From Pseudovirgaria hyperparasitica (Eukaryota), in NCBI GenBank assembly GCA_010093815.1, contig ML996568.1: DNA of 64,000 bases. The stretch is one strand, 5' to 3'. The notes beneath the pieces are model-generated. The model worked only from the letters and a program-made list of their open reading frames with translations. It was not told the DNA's origin and did not search any database. A program made the position numbers and the translations under genes. Shown piece by piece: positions 53,961 through 64,000 of this stretch (its first letter is position 1; each line of letters begins with the position of its first letter).

Positions 53961-54631
53961 TCACAATAACTTCAGGTGACCAGTGACTTGATCTATCACA
54001 CTCTTCGGTCCTGGCCCTATACCAAGCACGGTCGCACTCCCGCTAGCTATTTGTGTTCGTCCTGCATCATGTATGACCTGCGCACATAGTCCTAAGCTGG
54101 TTGCCTGCGCCTGCAACATTTCCATATCCTCCTCGCTCTTAACTTGTAGGGCCACCTTCATCTGACCATATCGTTCCCAGCGCTTAAGCATTGTCGAGTT
54201 TGGAGACTTTCGTAGGAAGTGCTTGTAGCAGGCGAGGGTCGCATGTCCACACTGAGCTGCAATCTTGCCTGTAGAGATGTCAGTCGAGTTGGAGGGCGGT
54301 ACTGACGCAGACAGCTACCTTTTGTCATGCCCAAGTCTGTCCGTACCACTAGCACAAGCTTGCATTCCTCATTGGCAGCGAAATCCTTGATCTCTTGGTC
54401 CTCGTCACTCGTCTTCCATTCATTGCGGAGTTTTTCATAATCCTCATCGCCGGAGCTATCAGATGTGTGACTCTTTAATTCCCTTGCACCATTCTTCGAG
54501 CCGCCGAATATGCCTATTGAAGAAGCTTGACCCAGGAAATAGCCTGTGATACCGGCAACAAGGGCGGCAGCGAATGCGAGGGCGGCAGCTGACGGAGGTA
54601 TAGGCGGTATGTGGTCCTGAGAAATAGCCAT
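53961..54631 (-). CDS. PTH2: Peptidyl-tRNA hydrolase 2, 2 exons
   Basis: N-terminal TM, ECKLVLVVRTDLGMTKG|KIAAQCGHA and IHDAGRTQIASGSATVLGIGPGP..VTGHLKLL. Confidence 0.95.
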
Positions 54632-54879
54632 GATCTGAGATTCGAATACTCTTGAAGAGCGGAAGTGTAGTCGACACGTTTAGGATAATTATAGACAACT
54701 GTGGATCTGAAGTTGCTGAAGACGCTGCCGGATCCACCGTACTAGCGCGAAATCGCTCCGCAACTCAGCGACGGCAAAACTTCACCTCCGAAATCCCATC
54801 AATTATATACAGATCGAGGCATCTAACATCCCTCTGACAGCCACGGGCGGGCTGTCAATACTAACGAGATACGCTCGTA

Positions 54880-56118
54880 ATGGCCACTCGACTACCATAT
54901 AGGCTTACGCAGCCCTCGAACGTCCGTCGGATTTCCACCACCGCGAGAGCCTACACAACCGTTCAAGCCGTAGACAAGACGAAGCCAGTCGAATACAAAG
55001 ATCAACTATGGCAACGACTTGAACCCCCTTCATATCCATATGGCGAACCCAGACACTACAAACAATCAAACAGAGGACTTTATGGTGGTCTACGCGTCCA
55101 AGTGGGAAACAATGTTTCCGACAAAACAAAAACAAAAACTCGCAGGACATGGTATCCGAACATCGTACGAAAAAGATTGTTCTCGGTGGCATTGAATCAA
55201 CACATTCCCTTGAAGGTAGCAGCCCGCGTCATAAGGACAATAGATAAGGTTGGCGGTCTAGACGAGTACCTGCTCGGAGACAAGCCAGCACGGATAAAGG
55301 AGCTCGGCGTGTTTGGTTGGAGGCTCCGCTGGATCATCATGAACACTCCGTCCGTACGAATGCGAATGGGACAGCAGGCGAAGGCAATGGGGGTCGAGGA
55401 CAACGTGCGTTTCGAGAGGGGCTGGATGACACGTGATGAGATATATCAATATCTCAAGGAGCAGTTCCAAATAAAAGTAGCACGTCAACGGGCCGAATTA
55501 GCAGAACTTGCGGGGAAAGCAGAAGTTCAATTGAACGGTCTAGCAGGACTCTCGGAAGTGACAGAATCTGAAGTAGCAGAACTCGCTAAAATGGCAGACG
55601 GTCTTGCTGTAGACGGTCTTGCTGCGGCAGAGGCGGTATCAAACATCAACGATGGGAGCGTGGACTCAAAGAAGGCATACAAAGTCTTCAGGGACATTGA
55701 ACAACAGACAAAACCTGTCATTATCAAGGTTCATGACCTAAATGGCAGAAGAGGCCGACGAGTACAGAAGTACGACATGACGGTCCTGTCAAATAAGTCA
55801 TTGGTAGATCATGAGCACCACATGCTACATGCGGCTTATCTTGAGACGGCTACGAAACCTCTGGTCGAAAGAGCGCTACCAGGTCGTTTGGATGGGACGC
55901 AAAACTTGAAGGATAAGCACAGGTATATCGGTGAAGGCCGACCAAGATCACTCGACAGACAAGAAATGAACGCATCGATTGATGAATTGGAGCCATCTGT
56001 GATGGAGCAACCCGCGCCTGTCTCAGGCCCATCTGGACAGGACACACGTACGGTGGGGCAGAAACTTAAGGATTTTTTCTCACGAGTGAGCAAGGAACAT
56101 ACAATATTTAAAAAGTGA
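54880..56118 (+). CDS. MRPL24: Mitochondrial ribosomal protein bL28m with a long C-terminal extension
   Basis: YKQSNRGLYGG..GNNVS..KTRRTWYPN..RTIDKVGGLDEYLLGDKPARIKELG..GWRLR. Confidence 0.9.
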   Translation: MATRLPYRLTQPSNVRRISTTARAYTTVQAVDKTKPVEYKDQLWQRLEPPSYPYGEPRHYKQSNRGLYGGLRVQVGNNVSDKTKTKTRRTWYPNIVRKRLFSVALNQHIPLKVAARVIRTIDKVGGLDEYLLGDKPARIKELGVFGWRLRWIIMNTPSVRMRMGQQAKAMGVEDNVRFERGWMTRDEIYQYLKEQFQIKVARQRAELAELAGKAEVQLNGLAGLSEVTESEVAELAKMADGLAVDGLAAAEAVSNINDGSVDSKKAYKVFRDIEQQTKPVIIKVHDLNGRRGRRVQKYDMTVLSNKSLVDHEHHMLHAAYLETATKPLVERALPGRLDGTQNLKDKHRYIGEGRPRSLDRQEMNASIDELEPSVMEQPAPVSGPSGQDTRTVGQKLKDFFSRVSKEHTIFKK

Positions 56119-56846
56119 TGCTACAGAGTGAGGAATATCCTGTGAGCTGTTACGAGTGGACCTGCTGTATATAATAGTTCCTTTCATCCCCTCCTGTATT
56201 TCATACGAGTTAGACGAACATAATTTGCTCGTGCAGCAATACTTTGACCACCCTTCGCATGTTCTCGCTTTCGACTGGTTTAGCTTTGAAGAAGTTTGTC
56301 CTGCGTGGCTGATACTCGCGATGTTTGCTTGGTGTGAAAGAATTGACAGCTGGCCCAATGAAATGTCGTTTCAGGAATTTGGTTGAGTTATAGAATTGTA
56401 TTTGCAATTTCCAAAATTGTACTAACATTACTAAATGTTCCCTGATGCGAACTTATCTTTACCTAGCATTGCATGGTATAGGGCGATCATCTGCCTGACA
56501 AAGTCTTGGCGTTCCGTAAGCACTTCGAGCTGCCCCAGAGTCGAGCTATTTGCATCGCCTTGCGATAACAATGTTCCTTGAACAATCCATAGTTCACTCT
56601 CAAACCTTCTTTTTATCACCTTAATACTTTCGACCACTCTCTCTTGCCATTTGACTCTCTCCATATCATCCCTAGATTGAAGGATAGCCTGGTGGTCATC
56701 TTACTCTGTGCTGATTCGTCGCGCTCCTCACCAATCCCGCGTGTCGCCTGCATGCTTACAGCATCCGCATAGTTTCTATCAGGCGTCCATCTCGACTTCA
56801 ACCTCTTTCGCACGCCCAAACTCAGAAAAGTGCGCATCCAATAACC

Positions 56847-57761
56847 ATGCGTTTTTCCTCAACTCTGGTATTTGCGTTGTCTGCGCTCGCTGTTGCTGAG
56901 GAGCAAGCTCCGCTTGCAGACAAGGTCAAGGGATGGTTTAACAAGGCTCAGTCTTACGTGTCCTCTGCTGTTCCCGCGCCGTCCCACCTAATTGACGCCG
57001 GCGCTGCGAAGGTTGCCTCTGCTGTGGTCTCACCTATCAACCGGGAGAACTGGAAGACCGTAATTCGTCCTACATCAGCGCTGAGCGAAGGTCCTGAAGA
57101 ATGGGTAGTGTACGTCACTGGCGGTAACACGACCTGCTTCGGACGATGCGCCAATGCGACGAAAGCATGGAACGTATGTCATGCTATTCTACGTACATAA
57201 CATTGTACAGTAGCTAACAGTAATAGGAATCTGTCGCACTCATGTCTCCCAACCCGAAGCGTCCCAACTTTGCAATTCTCGATTGTGAAGAAGATCCAAT
57301 ACTCTGCAATGCCTGGGCTGTTGGTCCTCCGGCTCTTTACTACATCCTTCTCCCGAAGCCTCTGCCTGATCAATCCAAACCCTCAACCACTGTATATTAT
57401 ATTCCCATGAACCGCACCTCCATCACCGCTCGCGAGATCACCAAGCTCGTTGCCGAGAAGGGCTACCAGGATTTCAAGCCGTATGAGGGACCATATCATC
57501 CGTTCGACGGTCTTTTAGCGCAATTCGGTCTTGATATTCCACTTGCCTACGTTAGCTGGGGTTTCTCTAAACTGCCATCATGGGCACCAATGATTATAAT
57601 CTCATTCTTGAGCCGTTCTTTCATGTGAGTACCACATTGTTTCAATCGAATTATACTGTGCGTCTGAACTAATACACGTTCTCAGGGGACGAAGGATGAA
57701 TCCAAATCGTGGTGCTGGAACAGCTGGTGCTGCCCCCGCAGGAGCTGCTCCCGCTAGGTGA
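56847..57761 (+). CDS. Conserved fungal secretory-pathway thioredoxin-like membrane protein (3 exons)
   Basis: Signal peptide, VYVTGGNTTCFGRC, LDCEEDPILCNAW and a C-terminal TM segment, with two canonical introns. Confidence 0.75.
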
Positions 57762-58174
57762 TACCACTCATCCACGGTGCTGCGCCATCTCACTCTATAA
57801 CCGAGGAATGAAGTCGACGACCTAAACCCCCATCTATCATCTAAGGCTGTACCAACTGGATACGATTAAGACGGTATTGTATCAGTGGACAATTCTAGAC
57901 ATACCACAGCGGAGAAGGAAAATTGTGCTATAATATATGTAGATGATCAACGCATACAGTTCAATTAATATATAATTGTTGATTGGCCTGCCCAACCACT
58001 GCATGCAAGTAGCCATACTGAGCATTTTAGTAAAGTTCAAGTTGGAGTGCGGATGACTAAGCCATATTTCACTACAGTAGTACGGCCCGGCCGTCAAACA
58101 GCCCGTCGCGAAATTTCCAGTTGCTAACCTCTTAAGTATTCCCGCCAATCTTCATGACCAACAAGACTTTGAGG

Positions 58175-58959
58175 ATGGTCAGTATATCGAAGCGTATGGC
58201 AAAGCTGAAAGGCGTAAGTAGGGTGAGAAGCACACTTTTCCTATACTGACTATGGTGCAGAAGGTATTCATATTCATTTCCTGCGACCAGTTCCGCATTC
58301 CCAGGCCTAATCACCCGTCTAGCTTCTGGCCATACGAATCGGCAATGGCGCAGCAATCATACCACCCGAACTACAAATGGTATATCTGAGATTTAGTTAC
58401 TCAGGCCAACAGGGCCACATCGGCGCCAAGTAAGTGTCTCTCCATTCCAAAGCTCACCCGTCTTCAAGCTCGCACAGAAAGACACCCCTAATCACACACT
58501 TGTTCTCACAGGAAGTTTTGGAAAGTCATCCTCCCACGCATTAAATACCGCAATCCCGCTATTCCCATTCGCATCTCCAAAACCGTCGATCCAAATACAT
58601 CCCCCATCCTCGAGCTTGTCTTCAATAAGCCGCCCAAGAATCTACCAATAGACTTCACGTATATTGGCAGTCAGGCAGCAGATCATGTGCGTGTGCAAAT
58701 GGACATCAAGGGGATGCATGAAGATAAAATCTGGGAGAAGCTGAGAGAGGCGACAGATGCGGTGGAGGTAGAGCCGTTAGAGCATGAATTAGAGGCAGCT
58801 GAGGAACCGGAGGTAAAACGAATGCAAAGTCAATGGCAGAAAGAGAAGGCCCGGGAATTTATTCATAATAGAGACGAGTATATTGGGGGGGATATAGGCG
58901 AGGAGTACAAGCTTACCCCGAACTTTGAGGAAAATTCCCAGCCGTTAAAGAGTATGTGA
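58175..58959 (+). CDS. MRP49: Mitochondrial ribosomal protein Mrp49/mL61-like (4 exons including a 3-nt microexon)
   Basis: The spliced product is MVSISKRMAKLKG-K-LLAIRIGNGAAIIP..GHIGAKKFWKVILPRIKYRNPAIPI, an L51/S25/CI-B8-type motif. Confidence 0.8.
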
Positions 58960-59045
58960 TGTATGTGATAGGAAGAATGTAATATAATTGTATCATCATC
59001 ATTGGAATACCGGGCAGCGTGTAGAAGCTATGGGATGCGACATGT

Positions 59046-60048
59046 CTATGCTATACCTCCTCTCCACCATGCAACGCAGCCCAGTACAAATACCACCACC
59101 ATGGCATCCGCGACGACAGTCGTGTAGATTACGCTGTAACGTCCAACGACCCTCACATATCCACTGAATGGCTCTGGCAACACACTGCTCAGCATCCCGA
59201 AAATCCCACTCTGTGGCAATGCACCCCTTTCCAGGAAGTAGCGACTACTCTGCAACACGACCTCCGCCGTGGCGAACAGCCAGAACAATCTCTTCCCAAC
59301 ATCATTCACTAGCTCGAAATCATCTAGACCAAACCCGCCGTCATTCTGTGCTGATCGTCTAGCACTCTTCGCCCCCGTGAACGCCGTCTGACTTGCAATG
59401 TACACAGCAAGACCTAGTGCAAACACGGCATGTACAATTCGCCATACATAAGTTGTCGTCGGTACTGGCGCAGTCTCCTGTGGACCTCCCATGCCCGTGC
59501 CACCGGTCATAGCGGCCATCATCTGCTGCATGCCCGGTGGGAGACCAGCGAGGGGATCACCTCCAGCACCTGCGCCACCAGCGGCATTTGGGTCGAAGCC
59601 GCCGAGCATTTGCTGCAGCATACGCATTTGAGGGTCGTCTTGAGCTCCAGGTGCATTCACCGAACCGGTAAACGGGCTGGAGCGGCCAGAAGGAGTGAGT
59701 GGGCGTGATGTAGTGCGTGGTATGTAGTGGTGCTGCGAAATGTCGACTTCGTCCGGATCGTCATCGTGCGAAATACTGTGCTGGAGGACTTGTGTGGACT
59801 TGGAGGGAGTTGTAGAGGCGGCCGGGGCTATTTAGACATCGTTCAGCACGGCTTCTATTGAGCCTGATATTGGAGGTGGGCAGAGACTAAGTACCGTCAT
59901 CTGGTGCAGGAGCTGGACGGCCGCTCATAGAAGTGATGGCGGCCAGCCGTGCGCTACCTCCGGCTTGGATTTTTGCATTGCGGCGCTCACGGCGGAGACG
60001 GGCTTGCTTTTGGTTTGGAGTTTCGTCGGCGGGGATCGGCTCTGCCAT
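59046..60048 (-). CDS. GET2: GET complex subunit Get2-like, 2 exons
   Basis: N-terminal basic ARLRRERRNAKIQAGGSARLAAIT, DPDEVDIS, DPQMRMLQQML and three C-terminal TM segments. Confidence 0.8.
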
Positions 60049-60425
60049 TCTGATGGTATTCGGAGAAGAGAGGTGAGGATTTGCGAGTGAAGATTATGGT
60101 GTAGACCATGAACGATAATGAATGTGGGATGGGGATGGTGACCTCAAGTTCGGAATCTTGACAGAGACCGCTCCGTATAATAACCGTTTGCAAGGACTGA
60201 TTTTGGCTTTGTTTGTCTCACAGATATATCACCTTCGGTACTTAGCTCTGTAGAGCTCTAGGGCTCTCTCGAAGAAATATGATATTAAGTGTCTAGAATA
60301 GATCCAATACCGCCCCGCAAATGCACCTGCTCCTTAAAAGACTAAGAGCTAGCAGTGTTGATACTGAAATGTTGTTATTCACCCTCAAAGTTTAGTGTAG
60401 TGCTTTCGCAAAAGCTATAGCAACA

Positions 60426-61513
60426 ATGCTTCCTCCGGTGAATCTTGCACTGCTCGATCAAAATCCAAAGTTCAAGGCTCTATACAAAGATCTCACGACG
60501 AACAAATTGAATACAGATTGCACAACCAAAGACCTTAAGAAGCAACGCATACAAGAGGGTTTAAGTAATGTGTGCAGCTGTATATGGCACCAGCTTGGAG
60601 GCACCAGGCTGACTCCTTTCAGCAACTCTCCAAAGCACGCGTCGAAGCAGCAGAGCGATCCATATTGATGGACGGTCTCTATGAAACCTCGTTGAATACA
60701 GCAGATCTACCTGCAGACGTGCGGATTTAAAGTGTTCACTCGCACGTTAACAAACTGACCAGTACCAGCTCCGTGAAGTCGTCCAGATCGTCTGCGCACA
60801 GCTCCTCGGCGTCATCCCTGACGAAGATCACGAGATCCTTAGTGAGGACATCGAATACTTCCTCGTCCGTCTGCTCCTGCTGATGCCCTTGTCACCCGCT
60901 GAATCCTTAGCTACAGGACAACATCGATGTGGTCACATCCTCGCTCTCTACCCTCTTCACTACTTCCGCAACTCATCTAACTCGCATCGCACATCCTTTC
61001 GAGCCATCAAACGTTCTACCCCAGCTAATTTCCCGACTGCCCTCGCATATCTCAAGTCTCAAAACCACGCACATAAACCTCAATAATAATTTGACGACAT
61101 CTTTTTATGACCTCACTAATCTACTTACGGATCTTCTCACAGCCCACCGCAACCTTGTCACAACCCTTCTCACCCTGACCGATCGCACCTTGCACGGCAC
61201 ACTCTCTCGACACACACGGGCCCATGCTGAACATCTCGCCACTGTGACGCAAGGCTTAGCACTCAAATTGTCCATCGCGGCGCATCCTCGAACGGTAGGG
61301 GGTGGAGATGAGGCTTTGGCCGAGGCATTAGGGCTATATGCAAAGAGGGTGGAGGACAATAAGAGTGCATTCCTGGCGAAGAGGACGGGCGCGGAAAGGC
61401 TACTGAGAGGGTACGAGAGCGAAAGGGGCATGCGTGACTTGGCTAAGCGGTGGGCGGAGCTTAAGAGGGAGGAACGAGCAATCGAGGGAGAAATTGCGAG
61501 GCTAGAGAGGTAG
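60426..61513 (+). CDS. Augmin subunit HAUS4-like coiled-coil protein (about 4 exons)
   Basis: N-terminal LPPVNLALLDQNPKFKALYKDL resembles the HAUS4 LPP..L.QNP.F..L..L motif as I recall it. The C-terminus is a coiled coil (L..YE....LAKRWAEL). Introns lie at ~60570, 60719 and 60866. Confidence 0.6.
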
Positions 61514-61657
61514 GAACAAGTGCGTGAGCGAGTGCGAAAGGAGAAGGGGCATTGGTGACACGGAGGTGTCGAATAAATTATAGATATTGCCGGGCTGAAG
61601 TCAACCATTCATATACTGCAGATATGCGTATAGGGGGATAATGGTCATTCTCTCCAG

Positions 61658-62864
61658 CTACTCTACGTACGACACGAACGCCTCTACATCAGTACTTATC
61701 TGAAATCTAATTGTAATTCCATGTCCTACGAGACAGCTGTGCCCTTCGCCAACATCATATACCCTACCACCGGCTATAATCACGGCACTCGGCCCTGTCA
61801 CAGCCTCCCACTCGTCAATCTCCCCCCTCGGCAAGCACAACGTCAATTAGTTTCATCGGAGGTGTTTATACACTTGTGAAGACTTCCTTCGCTCTCTTCT
61901 AGGGCTTGTTTTTCTTAAGGATACACTATTTAGGTGTGTGCGAATGGACAGTTGGTATAGGCATGAATGTATCGATATGATCACGCTCGGCAGCAGGGCA
62001 GAATATTGTCTGAAGTACGTTATTACTGCGTGCTATACACATAATGATGTAGCCATATAGGTACGCGTGAATGCCGTCGGCTGGGATATCGATGCTCCCT
62101 GCTCTTATCCGCGGCGGAATTCAAATAACTCATGATGAGGAGCGCCACGAGGGTGCCTGGACTTGTGTCTTCGTATTGTGACTTAAGGGCAGAAAGGAGG
62201 TCGTGAATGCGGGTATTTGCACCGAAGGAGAATCAGTGGAGCTGGAGTTGAGCGGATGGTATATCTCTGATGGTCTCAACGGATGTTTCGAGGGTTGACC
62301 TGACAGCATTGACTGAATAGCATTGACTGGACGGCACGTTCCGGAATCTTTGTGAAGGATGATGCTGTAAGAAAAATTGTTTTCGTGGGTCAAGCTTGAG
62401 GACAGTCCCAACATCGACAAGCGATCTTAAGCAAAGAGTGCTTCAGAATGGCCAAAGGCCAGGGAGATTCCTGGGGTGTGATTCAGGCCAGTAGAGGATA
62501 TGGGGTCATTGCGATGAAGTTCAGTGGGGAGTTCTAAAGGCAGGGCTTGAGCGATTCGATACACTTTAGGTAGGCATGGAAGCTTGGAGTGTCCGAGGTT
62601 CTTGACAGCCTTTTGACCGGTAAGTTGGCCTAAGTTTTTGTCGAAGATGTCTCGGAGGTTTTCTCTATTTGAGAACACATATGGAGGAGGAAGCTCGGAA
62701 TATGTATTTACCCATCCACATGTCCGGGCATGATCTCATTTGTTTAATTCGAAGTCTGTCCCAAGCGTTTCATCGCAGACTTTCGCCGCGAAAGACCTTG
62801 AGCCTTGCTTACCACTTGGATAGGAGTCGGAACAGTACTTGAGCTGGATCATTGACTCTAACAT
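61658..62864 (-). pseudogene. Mannose-6-phosphate isomerase (type I PMI) pseudogene
   Basis: Colinear fragments broken by stops and frameshifts: MIQLKYCSDSYPSGKQGSRSFAAK..GTDF / ENLRDIFDKN..SKLPCLPKVYRIAQALPL..NHTPGISLA / QYEDTSPGTLVALLIMSYL / IDIPADGIHAYLYGYIIMCIARSNNVL..FCP..RDHID / TGPSAVII..VGEG..VGHG. Confidence 0.88.
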
Positions 62865-63600
62865 TATTGGTATTGCATTCGATGGATGTTTGGGGATTGG
62901 GGAGAATTGACAATATCGAGGCTTTACACGGAGCAGGAATTGATGTGCTAATGGCACTGATTCTAGACTTCAAAGACAATAGTCCTATAGACTAACACAG
63001 ATATTTATCTATCTCTTGATAACAGCAAGTGCACGTCATACTACCTATGAGGTCAGCGTCTTACCGCTGAGACACATCATTATTTGATACTACCAGTCAT
63101 GTATATATAGAGACGGGATCTAGCAATTGTCTCAGATTCAGGAGGTATCCTTCATGCAAAGTAACATATGCTTTATCGGGCGCTATGAAGTAAGTTGATC
63201 TTGTACGGATGAAACTGCGTATCTCTCATCTCGATACGGCGCGAGATGTATACGGCGCGAGATGTACCTTCATGTGAAGGCACAAGCCCTTGAGGACGGG
63301 TCGCCAAGCTTTTGGCCTTAGGCCAACAAGCGGATATCCAATTTAATCTGCTTTTGATACTACTGGGTGCTTATCAGAAGATGTTGCTTTACGAAACAAT
63401 TAAGCAAATCTCCAACAAGACCAACACAGTACCAAGTACCACTCTTCTCTTGGGGAATACTCAGCCAGTAAATCTCGTCTCATCCACTTATCCGCATGGC
63501 GCGGTGAGTACCGCAATCAGCTAGCTATACAACTTCAGTGTCTCTCCACCCCGACGTAGAACGGCCCTCACGACTCTTTTTTACGAAACTGCACACTACA

Positions 63601-64000
63601 ATGCACTTCGCATTCCCACCACGCAAAACCTCAAATCCTCCACCCTACGCCGCACGTTCGACTCGCTACCCACTGTCTCAATACCTCCGCCGTAGCCAAA
63701 TTCGCAAATTCGCAATAATAGGCCTTGGCATCATCGCCTTCGTATACTTCATAGCCAGCTTCTCCAGCGAGAGCGAAGAGCGCATCCCACCTGGCACGCC
63801 ACCCGCGGTCATAGTCACTGTGTTCGACCCGAGCGCAGATGCAGTTCACACAGAGCAGATCAAGCGGAACAGGATATCCTATGCCAAGAAACATGGTAAG
63901 TGTTCCCAGGGGGGAGGAGGAGACATTTGCCATGACTGACACAGCACCAGGCTATGAGACTTTCTTTGCCTTATCCACAACTTACGACCTAGGCAAACAC
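63601..64000 (+). CDS. GT34-family alpha-1,6-mannosyltransferase subunit (Mnn11-like), 5' part; runs off the window
   Basis: MHFAFPPRKTSNPPPY, a type II TM anchor, PPAVIVTVFD and NRISYAKKH|GYETF across an intron at ~63896-63950. Confidence 0.8.

Noticed and set aside
56431..56664. 77-aa minus-strand ORF with a helical look
   Set aside because: There is no recognisable homology or supporting splice structure.
63235..63266. 16-bp tandem duplication TACGGCGCGAGATGTA x2
   Set aside because: It is real but has only two copies. It is most simply a slippage duplication, with no evidence of function.

Overview
This is gene-dense eukaryotic DNA from a filamentous ascomycete (Pezizomycotina, possibly a Dothideomycete; inferred from short GT-AG introns with CTAAC/CTGAC branch sites, RIP-type decay and gene content). 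The left ~6.7 kb is an AT/TpA-rich accessory compartment with RIP-like decay. It holds an intact BTB/POZ gene, a ~53/106-bp hierarchical tandem array and a disrupted BTB paralog that keeps the same intron position. Next come a head-to-head BCS1-like AAA ATPase / HET-domain pair and then mostly core genes: CTF8, a stand-alone SRA/YDG protein, an AhpC/TSA-like protein, MCM3, TSR1, a DSP-like phosphatase, an SDR, a PDK/BCKDK kinase, BMS1, a Whi5/Nrm1-like repressor, an RCC1-repeat protein, SNU66, PTH2, MRPL24, MRP49, GET2, a HAUS4-like protein and an MNN11-like gene. Features read by eye that the ORF track misses or fragments are a 4-exon I9 protease-inhibitor gene, a snR30/U17 H/ACA snoRNA, a mannose-6-phosphate isomerase pseudogene, a 3-nt microexon in MRP49 and a GC-AG intron. 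All family calls rest on motif recognition; no database searches were run.
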